Assembly (NCBI GenBank): GCA_964510025.1
Contig: CAZDZV010000001.1
Coordinates: 63,949-127,948, forward strand
Direction of reading: 5' to 3'
Source: an uncultured Methanosarcinales archaeon
GTDB lineage: Archaea > Nanobdellota > Nanobdellia > Woesearchaeales > DATDXC01
DNA length: 64,000 bases
The translations under genes were made by a program, and so were the position numbers. A model generated the notes under the pieces. The model saw only the letters and a list, made by a program, of their open reading frames with translations. It had not been told where the DNA came from and made no database searches. Below are positions 38,223 to 46,916 of the stretch, piece after piece. Within the stretch, counting starts at the first letter, position 1. The number at the start of each line of letters is the position of its first letter.

Positions 38223-39351
38223 TTTGCTTAATAAGTCTTGATCCGATCGCTGGCTTCAGCTCTATCCGGCAGGCATCTAGCTCATCTCCAACAGTGACAA
38301 TCTCCCTGAGGTCTCCAGATCCTATGCCTAGCCTTTCTGCTGCATCAATTAAGGGTATTTTTCTCAGCATCCCTATTTCTTGGAAAACCTTATCCAACGC
38401 TACAGGATCCTTTGATGCGAGAAGCATATTCAGGAAAGCTGGTTCTCCGTATTTCAACGGGCCGTTGCCTTGCATCCCGATTGAGGCATCTCCCAGAGTA
38501 ATGTACCTAGGCAGCACCTTATGCAGATGTGCAATTGCATCAAGGGCCTTCAACGGATCCCTTGCCATTTCTTTATAATTTTCTTTTGAGACCAGCCTGG
38601 TCATATTTTCAAGGGCGCCTGAAATTCCCAAAAGCAGATGGGTTTTCATCACTGGTACATTTATCACCAGATCTTTAGTTGCGATCTCCTTAGTCAGCTG
38701 AAACCTGAACCCCCCTGATTCTTTTTCAACATAATCTGTCTGGGACAAATCTACCAACCTTATGCCCCATTTCTTGCAGAGCTTGCCGAAGCCAGATTTC
38801 CTTGCAGCATTATCAAAGTCTCCATACTGGACCTGTTCGGCAACCACGATATTTTCAGCGCTGGCTCCTTTTTTTGTGAGATATTCTATCAAAGAATCAA
38901 CAACCCTGGGATTTGTAGTAATAGCCATATATGGATAAGCTGCTGCCATAATATTCGGTTTTATCAGGATATTTGAATCCTTCTCAATATCGACATCCCC
39001 TATCAAAGAGAAAGCCTGTTTTGTTGCCTCAAAAAAATCATACTTGATTTTTATGATCGATACTGCACTCTCATCTTCACTCTTTTCCCACCGATATTCA
39101 TCCCCAATCTTATATTCTCTCATCGTCTTCTTCGGCATCCGGTTTCCGTGCTCATCCTCTAGAATAAGAGTGTAGTAAGGGACTATAGGGTGCATGATAG
39201 AAGGAATGGTGACTTCTGTAAGTCCAATAACCTTTGTTTTATTTCCCACCTGTTTCGATATCTTTGCATTACAGTAGATACATTCTTCAATAGGATATAT
39301 CCACTTTTTTTTGCATTTTTTACATATCCATCTTATTATCAACTCAACCAC
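38215..39351 (-). CDS. DUF35-like Zn-ribbon/OB-fold N-domain fused to a DUF362-like C-domain
   Basis: N-terminal CKKCKKKW...CIYCN Zn ribbon plus OB, like the thiolase scaffold protein. The C-terminal 280 aa resemble DUF362. It overlaps the next thiolase by 8 bp. Confidence 0.45.
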   Translation of the reverse strand: MVELIIRWICKKCKKKWIYPIEECIYCNAKISKQVGNKTKVIGLTEVTIPSIMHPIVPYYTLILEDEHGNRMPKKTMREYKIGDEYRWEKSEDESAVSIIKIKYDFFEATKQAFSLIGDVDIEKDSNILIKPNIMAAAYPYMAITTNPRVVDSLIEYLTKKGASAENIVVAEQVQYGDFDNAARKSGFGKLCKKWGIRLVDLSQTDYVEKESGGFRFQLTKEIATKDLVINVPVMKTHLLLGISGALENMTRLVSKENYKEMARDPLKALDAIAHLHKVLPRYITLGDASIGMQGNGPLKYGEPAFLNMLLASKDPVALDKVFQEIGMLRKIPLIDAAERLGIGSGDLREIVTVGDELDACRIELKPAIGSRLIKQNA

Positions 39352-40468
39352 CCATTTTCCTAAAAATATGTACGCTTATGGTAGCTCCAACCCCACCAAT
39401 ATTTTGGGTCAGGCCATATCTGTGCCTTGAAACCTGTCTTTCTTTACATTCCCCTCTAAGCTGCTTAACAATTTCGTATATCTGCGCCATGCCTGTCGGG
39501 CTTATAGGGTGGCCTCTAGCTTTCAAACCCCCACTAACATTGACTGGAAGCTTTCCATCTAAATTTGTGATACCCTCCCTTATTAGCTCCGCACCTTTCC
39601 CTTTATTGCAGAAGCCAAGATCTTCGTAGCTCATTAGTTCAAGAATGGTAAATGCATCATGAAGTTCTGCAACGTCAATATCCTTAGCTGATATTCCTGA
39701 ACTTTTATATGCCTGACCCGCCGCTTCTTTCGTGGCCTTCAGTTCTGTCAGGCTCTCTCTTTCGAAGGTCATAAGATAGTCTGTAGCTAATCCAGAGCCT
39801 GCTACCTCGATATCTGACTTATCCTTAGTCAAAACCGCTGCCGCTGCCCCATTCACGCTTATACTACAATCATACAGCCTGAAAGGCGAGGCAACTATTG
39901 GGGATCCCTTTATGGCTTCCAAGGTAACCTTTTTTTTATAGAAATGCGCTTTCGGGTTTAAATATGCATTCTCATGATTCTTGTGAGCAATCATTGCAAG
40001 GTCATCCGAAGTGGTGCCAAATTCCAGCATGTGCTGTTGTGCCAGGAGCGCATTTTCCGCGGGAAACACCAATCCTTCTGGCTGGCTCCATATCCTATCA
40101 GCAGCCGTAAGAATCTCATTTGTAACCACTTCTGTCTTATTGCAGGCTAATTTTTCAGTAGCCAGCACAAGCACATTATCATATTGCAGCCTAAGCGCTG
40201 TCCAGAATGCGGCCCCGCCCCCACCACAAACAGCGGGAACCCGTATTATAGGTATTTTTGTCTTGAAAAGAGAACTGACAATGGATGGATAGTGCCTCTG
40301 CCTTTCATCTGTGTGGATAGTGTCACTTGTAGAAATCACCATTGCATTTATGTCTTTAAGTGAAACGTCTGATTCATCCAAGGCCTCGTAGGCTGCTTCA
40401 TAGGCCATACCTGCAGTTGTCCTATCGGCCAAAGAAAATTTAGTCATGCCAACGCCTTGAACATACAT
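39344..40468 (-). CDS. Archaeal-type thiolase, paralog of the 34739-35863 gene
   Basis: VPAVCGGGGAAF active-site region. Same length at 374 aa and collinear similarity. Confidence 0.7.
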   Translation of the reverse strand: MYVQGVGMTKFSLADRTTAGMAYEAAYEALDESDVSLKDINAMVISTSDTIHTDERQRHYPSIVSSLFKTKIPIIRVPAVCGGGGAAFWTALRLQYDNVLVLATEKLACNKTEVVTNEILTAADRIWSQPEGLVFPAENALLAQQHMLEFGTTSDDLAMIAHKNHENAYLNPKAHFYKKKVTLEAIKGSPIVASPFRLYDCSISVNGAAAAVLTKDKSDIEVAGSGLATDYLMTFERESLTELKATKEAAGQAYKSSGISAKDIDVAELHDAFTILELMSYEDLGFCNKGKGAELIREGITNLDGKLPVNVSGGLKARGHPISPTGMAQIYEIVKQLRGECKERQVSRHRYGLTQNIGGVGATISVHIFRKMGG

Positions 40469-40476
40469 ATGAGCAC

Positions 40477-41010
40477 CTATTTAAAAGCTGGACTATGCTG
40501 GCTCCTGAACTCCTTCCTGTCAACAACAGCCAACATCAGGGTTGATTCTGCTATAATCTTGTTATCCTTAAGGACCTTACCCTGCAATAGGGCTCCCCTA
40601 TCATCCTGCCCCATAAGGGCCACTTCGTAAGTCAATTGATCACCTGGAAAAGCCGGCGCAGAAAATTTGGCATCCTTAATCTTATAGGCCAGGACATCCT
40701 TGGAATGGTGATCTTCCAGATTGTATCTCACTAGGAGCGTAGCAGCTTGTCCCATCCCCTCTACTATGAGGGCACCGGGCATTATAGGAAAACCCGCAAA
40801 ATGACCCTTTACATACCATTCGTTAGCTGTCACATTTTTCACAGCCACTATCTTATTTTTATCCAATCCCGCCACCTTATCTATCATCAAAAAGGGGTAT
40901 TCGTATGGAATTATCTGCCTTATGGCATTCATATCCAGCTGGCCTTTTTGATCCTTTAAATCGTCTATCGATTTCATTTTTAACCCCCCGCAATTTGGCA
41001 TTTTTAGCAA
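40477..41010 (-). CDS. 3-hydroxyacyl dehydratase (FabZ-like hotdog)
   Basis: IPYEYPFLMIDKV...HFAGFPIMPGALIVEGMGQ matches FabZ IPHRYPFLLVDRV...HFPG.PVMPGVL..EAMAQ. Confidence 0.75.
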   Translation of the reverse strand: MLKMPNCGGLKMKSIDDLKDQKGQLDMNAIRQIIPYEYPFLMIDKVAGLDKNKIVAVKNVTANEWYVKGHFAGFPIMPGALIVEGMGQAATLLVRYNLEDHHSKDVLAYKIKDAKFSAPAFPGDQLTYEVALMGQDDRGALLQGKVLKDNKIIAESTLMLAVVDRKEFRSQHSPAFK

Positions 41011-41104
41011 AGTGTAATTTATTTATATAATTTTCGTAAAATGACAAGCTATATGCATCACGAAAACGAATAGTTTAAATAACACTTTATAACCCTATGT
41101 AGTC

Positions 41105-42955
41105 ATGAAAAAGAAAGGAAAAATAGAGAAATTGCTTAACAATTCACTGATGAAAATTGTGCAGGGCTACAGACTGTTTAGAAGAACACTTAAAAAAACA
41201 AAACAGGCTATGCCTGAGGTTTATGGCCAGATAGATAATGTTCTCAAGCAGAATCTCGTTACCTTTGAAAGAAACAACCAGAGCTTCTCTGATGCGATTG
41301 TTGACAGGCTTATCAGAAAGCTCCCAACTTTAGGTGAGGAGAAGCTGACCAAAATAATAAACGGCGGTTCTTCAAAGTCTTTTTTTGATATGCTAAATAA
41401 GAGCCTCGGAGCGACCCTGGAAGAGGAGAAAGACTATACAAAGCTGGAAAAAGAAAAGCTGTTTAACAGCATCCTTATAGCTAACAGGGGAGAGATCGCC
41501 CTTAGGATCATAAGAGCTTGTAAGGAACTAGGAATCAAAGTCTATGTGATTTACTCCAAACCTGAAAAAAATACACTTTTTGTCAAATTTGCAGATAAGG
41601 CTTATTGCATTGGAAACCCCAGAGACTATCTGAACATCAGGAAGATAATCAAAATAGCCAAAAAAGCAAAAGCAGATGCTATACATCCTGGATATGGATA
41701 CTTATCTGAAAATTCCCAGTTTGCCAAGCTTTGCCTAAAAAACAAAATAAACTTTATAGGACCGAATATCAAGGCACTAGAGCTTATGGGCAACAAGGTT
41801 AAAGCCAGAAAGATAATAAGCAAAATGGGAATAAATGTTATAGCAGGAACAGTCACTCCCCTTAAAAATCTGGAAGACGCACAGTCAGCTGCCCAGGAAA
41901 TCGGCTATCCTGTTATATTGAAGGCCGCTTTGGGCGGCGGCGGCAAGGGCATGCGAGTTGTCTATTCAGGGGATAAGCTTGAAACGGCATTCAAAAGCGC
42001 CTCAACTGAAGCGCAAGCTGCATTTGGTGATCATTCTTTATATATGGAAAAATACATAGAAAAACCAAAGCATATTGAGTTTCAGATTTTGGCAGATAAA
42101 TTCAAGAATATTGTCCATTTGGGAGAAAGAGACTGCAGCATACAAAGAAGGCATCAGAAGCTTATTGAAGAGGCTCCGTCAACGGTATTGAATGGGAAAT
42201 TAAGAGAAAAAATTGGAAAAGATGCCAGAAGAATAGCCTCCAAAATAGGGTATAAGGGTGCTGGAACAGTTGAGTTCCTGCTAGATAAGAGAAAAAATTA
42301 TTATTTTATGGAAATGAACGCGCGTATACAGGTAGAACATGGAATAACTGAGATGATAAGCGGGGTAGATCTTGTTAAGGAGCAGATAAGAATCGCCGCC
42401 GGAGGCAAGCTTACCTATAAACAGGAAGATATCAAGCTCAACGGGTGGGCTATAGAGTGCAGGATAAATGCTGAGAACCCGTTTGATGATTTTAAACCTA
42501 GCACTGGCATTGTCACTAATTATTTACCTCCAGGTGGCCGTGATATACGTATATCAAGCCATTCGTACACAGGGCATGTCATATCTCACCATTATGATCC
42601 GCTCATCTCAAATCTTATATGCGGGGGTAAGAACAGAAATGAGGCAATCGCCAGAATGAAGAGGGCGCTTGAAGAATATATTATCGAGGGCGTACAAACC
42701 AATATCCCTTTTCATAAGCTAGTAATGCAAGATAAGGATTTTATCAAAGGCAATATAAGCACAGATTTTATAGAAAAAAATAAAATAATTGAAAAGCTGA
42801 GAAAGCACAAGATTAGGAAAAAAGAGCTTTCAAAAAAGGAAAAATTACTCATAATAACGACAGCTGTATCCAGATATATGGAGGGCAGAGAGAATGATGC
42901 TCCGGACAACTGGGTTATCGCAGGTAGGCAGGAACAGCTAAATCAAAATGTTTAG
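41105..42955 (+). CDS. accC: Biotin carboxylase (acyl-CoA carboxylase subunit) with N- and C-terminal extensions
   Basis: NSILIANRGEIALRIIRA and the ATP-grasp GGGGKGMR motif. An N-terminal extension of about 110 aa is not present in canonical AccC. Confidence 0.8.
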   Translation: MKKKGKIEKLLNNSLMKIVQGYRLFRRTLKKTKQAMPEVYGQIDNVLKQNLVTFERNNQSFSDAIVDRLIRKLPTLGEEKLTKIINGGSSKSFFDMLNKSLGATLEEEKDYTKLEKEKLFNSILIANRGEIALRIIRACKELGIKVYVIYSKPEKNTLFVKFADKAYCIGNPRDYLNIRKIIKIAKKAKADAIHPGYGYLSENSQFAKLCLKNKINFIGPNIKALELMGNKVKARKIISKMGINVIAGTVTPLKNLEDAQSAAQEIGYPVILKAALGGGGKGMRVVYSGDKLETAFKSASTEAQAAFGDHSLYMEKYIEKPKHIEFQILADKFKNIVHLGERDCSIQRRHQKLIEEAPSTVLNGKLREKIGKDARRIASKIGYKGAGTVEFLLDKRKNYYFMEMNARIQVEHGITEMISGVDLVKEQIRIAAGGKLTYKQEDIKLNGWAIECRINAENPFDDFKPSTGIVTNYLPPGGRDIRISSHSYTGHVISHHYDPLISNLICGGKNRNEAIARMKRALEEYIIEGVQTNIPFHKLVMQDKDFIKGNISTDFIEKNKIIEKLRKHKIRKKELSKKEKLLIITTAVSRYMEGRENDAPDNWVIAGRQEQLNQNV

Positions 42956-43637
42956 CATCTTCTTTTATAAGAAAATAGGTTCTACAAATTCCAAAGCTAA
43001 GACAATGCCCAAGCATGGCACTGTGATAGTGGCTCAGGAACAGACAGAAGGCAGGGGCAGATTTAAAAGAGAATGGTTTTCAGAAAAAGGGGGCCTATAC
43101 TTCTCTGTGGTCTTAAGGAGTGACAAGGTTGCCAATTTAAGATTTCTTACCTTCATGGCAGCTATTGCCCTGCACAAAGCTGTCAAGGAGCACTATGGTT
43201 TAAAATGCACGATAAAATGGCCCAATGATTTGATGATTGGCAAAAAAAAGCTAGCCGGCATCTTAACTGAGAGTATTATTGGGAATAAGGTAGTTGCCAT
43301 AATTGGCATCGGGATAAATACCAACAATGCGTTGCCTTCCGGTATCAGAGCTGAATCCTTATCAAGAATTCTAAAGAGGAAGATAAATAATAGAAAGCTA
43401 CTGCAGATATTCTTACACAATCTAGAGGAATATCTTAAGCTAGTGGACAATGGGAAACATGGTAGAATAATATCTGACTGGAAAAGAAGATCCTTTCTTG
43501 GCAGCGAAGTCAGGGTTTGCAGTCTGAAAGGAGAATACACAGGAATAGCCTATAATGTCAACGATGATTGCTGCCTTGTTCTCAAGAAAAACAATAAATA
43601 TACTGTTATTGAGGAAGGAGACGTATACATATGCTAG
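42948..43637 (+). CDS. birA: Biotin--protein ligase
   Basis: GRGRFKREWFSEKGGLYFSVVL and KWPNDLMIGKKKLAGIL BPL motifs. Confidence 0.75.
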   Translation: MFSIFFYKKIGSTNSKAKTMPKHGTVIVAQEQTEGRGRFKREWFSEKGGLYFSVVLRSDKVANLRFLTFMAAIALHKAVKEHYGLKCTIKWPNDLMIGKKKLAGILTESIIGNKVVAIIGIGINTNNALPSGIRAESLSRILKRKINNRKLLQIFLHNLEEYLKLVDNGKHGRIISDWKRRSFLGSEVRVCSLKGEYTGIAYNVNDDCCLVLKKNNKYTVIEEGDVYIC

Positions 43638-45088
43638 ACATGTTCGATTTCTGTATGATTTGATATTTCCGAATTTGTAGTGCATAAATCAGCTACAGTC
43701 AAGCTATGGATATCTTCATTTCCGGTCATTCTTGCAAAAGTCTCTAGTTCCTGCCTAACAACGTTGAGAAAGTTCTCAAGCCTTTTCGCACTTTTATCTA
43801 TGTCAAGTCTTTGCCTTAGCTTTTCATCATGGGTGGTAACGCCAACCGGACAGTTGTTTGTATTGCATACGTTATATTGCTGACATGCACACGCCATTAA
43901 GGCGGCAGTGCCAATAGCTATTGCATCTGCCCCTAATGCAAGAGCCTTAACAAAGTCAGAAGGAACTCTCAGTCCGCCGGTTATATGGAGGCTGATATCT
44001 TTTACATCATGCTCATCAAAATATTTTTTTGCCCTGTAGAGTGCATAGATTGTAGGCACAGATGAGGAGTCCTTAATCGATTTAGGAGATGCGCCAGTGC
44101 CGCCCGGCCTTCCATCAATGGTGATAAAGTCAGGCTCGGCGTAGACTGCTATTTGCAGATCATCCTCAATATGGCCTGCGGCGATCTTAATCCCAATCGG
44201 AGCACCTTCAGACTTGTCCCTCAACCACTTCACCTTTTTCTTGAGATCTTCCTTATTTTTTATATCATTGAAACTTGCTGGACTTTCTATATAGTGCCCT
44301 TTCTCAGATCCCCTAATCTGAGCTATCTCTTCTGTAACTTTATCCGCAGGCATTTCCCCGCCTAGTCCTGGTTTTGTGGATTGCCCAATTTTGATCTCAA
44401 TTCCATCAACATTCTTCAGGTTTTCGTCTGTTACGCTGTAGGCGTTCGGAACATATTCAAAAATATATTTATAAGCGCTTTTTCTTGAATCCTCCAAGAT
44501 GCCGCCCTCACCTGAACACATTGCTGTTTTGACTGCTGCCGAGCCTTTAGCCAGTGCTATCTTCACTTCCCTTGATAAGGCTCCGAAAGACATGTGCGTT
44601 ATATAAACAGGAAAGGAAATTTGAATGGGCTTTTTTGCCTTCTTTCCGATTATCGTCGTCAAATTAACTTTTTTATCCTTATTGAGAGGGATCTTTGCCA
44701 GCTGTGCGCCCTTGATGAGGATATCATCCCAAGAAACAACATGTTTTTTGGTGCGCATAGGCTCTGTTACAGATTTTCCGGTCCTGGCCACCTCATGAAT
44801 AAAATCCATCCATTTCTCTGTTTTATCATTTTGCCTCGTCCACTGAGAAAGATAATCATCCTGAGGCTCTTCCTTTTTCCCCTGCATATCATCATAATTC
44901 TTTTTCTTTTCCTGAAATTCCTTACCACTAATTTCTTTCAGATTCTCCCTGGATGCGCCGCAAACAGGACACCTCCAATCATCAGGAAGCTCCTCTTTAG
45001 TCACCCCCCTATCAATGCCTGCATTCTGATCCCCTATCTCAGAATCAAATACAAATACGTTGCATACTGTACAGATGTATTTGCTCAT
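43634..45088 (-). CDS. Rubredoxin-fused glutamate synthase-like FMN domain protein (archaeal GltB-domain 2 family)
   Basis: N-terminal CTVC...CPVC rubredoxin knuckles, then a GltS FMN/Fe-S domain (GGTGASP, CxxxC cluster). Confidence 0.7.
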   Translation of the reverse strand: MSKYICTVCNVFVFDSEIGDQNAGIDRGVTKEELPDDWRCPVCGASRENLKEISGKEFQEKKKNYDDMQGKKEEPQDDYLSQWTRQNDKTEKWMDFIHEVARTGKSVTEPMRTKKHVVSWDDILIKGAQLAKIPLNKDKKVNLTTIIGKKAKKPIQISFPVYITHMSFGALSREVKIALAKGSAAVKTAMCSGEGGILEDSRKSAYKYIFEYVPNAYSVTDENLKNVDGIEIKIGQSTKPGLGGEMPADKVTEEIAQIRGSEKGHYIESPASFNDIKNKEDLKKKVKWLRDKSEGAPIGIKIAAGHIEDDLQIAVYAEPDFITIDGRPGGTGASPKSIKDSSSVPTIYALYRAKKYFDEHDVKDISLHITGGLRVPSDFVKALALGADAIAIGTAALMACACQQYNVCNTNNCPVGVTTHDEKLRQRLDIDKSAKRLENFLNVVRQELETFARMTGNEDIHSLTVADLCTTNSEISNHTEIEHV

Positions 45089-45585
45089 CTTATCTCCTTA
45101 AACTGGGATTTTTTCGCTCCGCAGATTGGGCAGGTATCTGGAGCATCAGCTTCAACAGTGTTTCCACAGACCTGGCATACAAATACCCTCTCTTGGTTCA
45201 GATCTCTCTCTGATTCCAGCGCTTCCAGTGCTTTCTTATACAGTCCTGCATGTATCTCTTCAACTTTATTTGCCCTAAAAAAAGATATATGGGCATCCTG
45301 GTGTTTATCGTCTTTAGCATCCTGAATCATCCCAGGGTACATGTTCTGGAACTCATGGGTTTCCCCCTCTATCGCTTCTTTTAGATTTTGCTTCGTAGAT
45401 CTAATCCCGCCCATTGCTTTTAGGTGCTCGATTGCGTGGACAGTCTCGGCATCAGCTGCGGCCCTAAAAAGTTTTGCAATTTCCTTTAACCCCTCCTTCT
45501 CCGCCTGATCGGCAAAAGCAATATATTTTCTGTTTGCCTGACTCTCTCCGGCAAATGCTTTTTTTAGATTTCCTTCAGTTTTCAT
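45085..45585 (-). CDS. rbr: Rubrerythrin
   Basis: EGNLKKAFAGESQANRKY diiron domain plus C-terminal CQVCG...CPICG. Start taken at MKTEGNL. Confidence 0.75.
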   Translation of the reverse strand: MKTEGNLKKAFAGESQANRKYIAFADQAEKEGLKEIAKLFRAAADAETVHAIEHLKAMGGIRSTKQNLKEAIEGETHEFQNMYPGMIQDAKDDKHQDAHISFFRANKVEEIHAGLYKKALEALESERDLNQERVFVCQVCGNTVEADAPDTCPICGAKKSQFKEIR

Positions 45586-45623
45586 CCTTCGCCCCCGAAT
45601 GCCACAAATAGCAAACATCCTAG

Positions 45624-46055
45624 TTAAGTGCGTGACTTATTTAAAGCTAGTGCTTTTGCATTAAAAATTTTTTTTACATCATCCGGAACCGGAACAGGCT
45701 CCATATCCTTATTGATGAAAACATTTACCGTGTATGCCTCTGCAATAATCTCCCTGCTTGACTTGTTGAAGACCTTATAGATAAATTTAATGCTGGAATT
45801 CCCGATTTTCGAGACCGCAGTCTCCAAGACTACGATATCGTCATATCCGACGGGCTTGCGGTAATTTACTTTAATTTCAACTACAGGAGCAAAAAAGCCT
45901 TTCTTCTCCAGCTCAGCGTATGATATGCCACGGTTACGCAATATCTCTGTCCTGCCCGCCTCAAACCAGTCCAGATAGCGAGCATAATAGACTACCCCGA
46001 AATGATCGGTATCAGAATACCTCACCCGATGCTCTGTAATATCTTTCATATACAT
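45624..46055 (-). CDS. Acyl-CoA thioesterase (YbgC/4HBT hotdog)
   Basis: HRVRYSDTDHFGVVYYARYLDWFEAGRTE matches the 4HBT signature. Confidence 0.7.
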   Translation of the reverse strand: MYMKDITEHRVRYSDTDHFGVVYYARYLDWFEAGRTEILRNRGISYAELEKKGFFAPVVEIKVNYRKPVGYDDIVVLETAVSKIGNSSIKFIYKVFNKSSREIIAEAYTVNVFINKDMEPVPVPDDVKKIFNAKALALNKSRT

Positions 46056-46127
46056 ATTAGCAAGATGCGCATGTTTATTACTCTTTGCTTTTTAATTAGT
46101 GTACTGCTGTATAATAATCTTTAAATA

Positions 46128-46400
46128 TTGACATGTATTCTTAGCTTTAGAATGCCCTGGCTAAAAAAGGTCCCTTTGCTCAAAAAGATATTCGAGTTTG
46201 GATATACTATGCTTCTTATAATAATATTAAGCGCGATTTCTGGACTGATACTGGCTTTTCCTGTTATGTGGCTGTGGAACTTTGTATTTCAAAGAATGAA
46301 TGAAGCTTTACATATCAATGTATTTCAAGCCTGGGCGCTCAATGTACTAACAGGCATACTATTTGGCTATAAGAATACCAGTTCGAAAAATGATAGATAA
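46128..46400 (+). CDS. Small hypothetical membrane protein
   Basis: 90-aa ORF with two hydrophobic segments. No homology recognised. Confidence 0.25.
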   Translation: MTCILSFRMPWLKKVPLLKKIFEFGYTMLLIIILSAISGLILAFPVMWLWNFVFQRMNEALHINVFQAWALNVLTGILFGYKNTSSKNDR

Positions 46401-46529
46401 AGAATTGTCCGAACTTGCATCTTATTTTGAAGAGACCGCCCTAATCGAGGAAGGCAAGAAGATGTGCAGACTGCTAGCAAAAAAAGGGGTTAAGATAAGA
46501 GAGCACAAGTGGACAGAACTTGAAGCTTC

Positions 46530-46913
46530 TTAGTTGATTACCATAAGGACATCGTCCTTATCAACATTCTGATTCTTCTTGACACGTATCTCTTTGATGG
46601 TGCCTGACTTATCTGCAACCAAGTTGTTTTCCATCTTCATCGCCACTATGGTTGCCAGAGAGTCCCCTGCCTTGACCTTTTCTCCAACTTTTACGTTGAT
46701 AGCCACAACCGTGCCTGGGAGGGGGGCCTTAATGATGTCTTTGGACCTATCGTCATGGTCGTCTGTGTCCTCAAGAAAAATCTGCTCTTGCTTTTGTTTG
46801 GTCTCTACCTGATAGAGGTTCCCTTCAAAACGGATAAGAATCTTTCCGTTTCCAACTTCTTCGATGTTTACAGCATATTCTTTTCCGTCTAAATTAACTA
46901 TAATCTCTTGCAT
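46530..46913 (-). CDS. Biotin carboxyl carrier protein
   Basis: Biotinyl-lysine motif IVAMKMEN in a lipoyl/biotinyl hybrid-barrel context. 127 aa. Confidence 0.75.
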   Translation of the reverse strand: MQEIIVNLDGKEYAVNIEEVGNGKILIRFEGNLYQVETKQKQEQIFLEDTDDHDDRSKDIIKAPLPGTVVAINVKVGEKVKAGDSLATIVAMKMENNLVADKSGTIKEIRVKKNQNVDKDDVLMVIN

Positions 46914-46916
46914 TTC

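Noticed and set aside
46390-46533. 47-aa ORF (MIDKELSELASYFEET...) downstream of 46128-46400
   Set aside because: It is below typical length thresholds and has no motif. It is plausible but unsupported.
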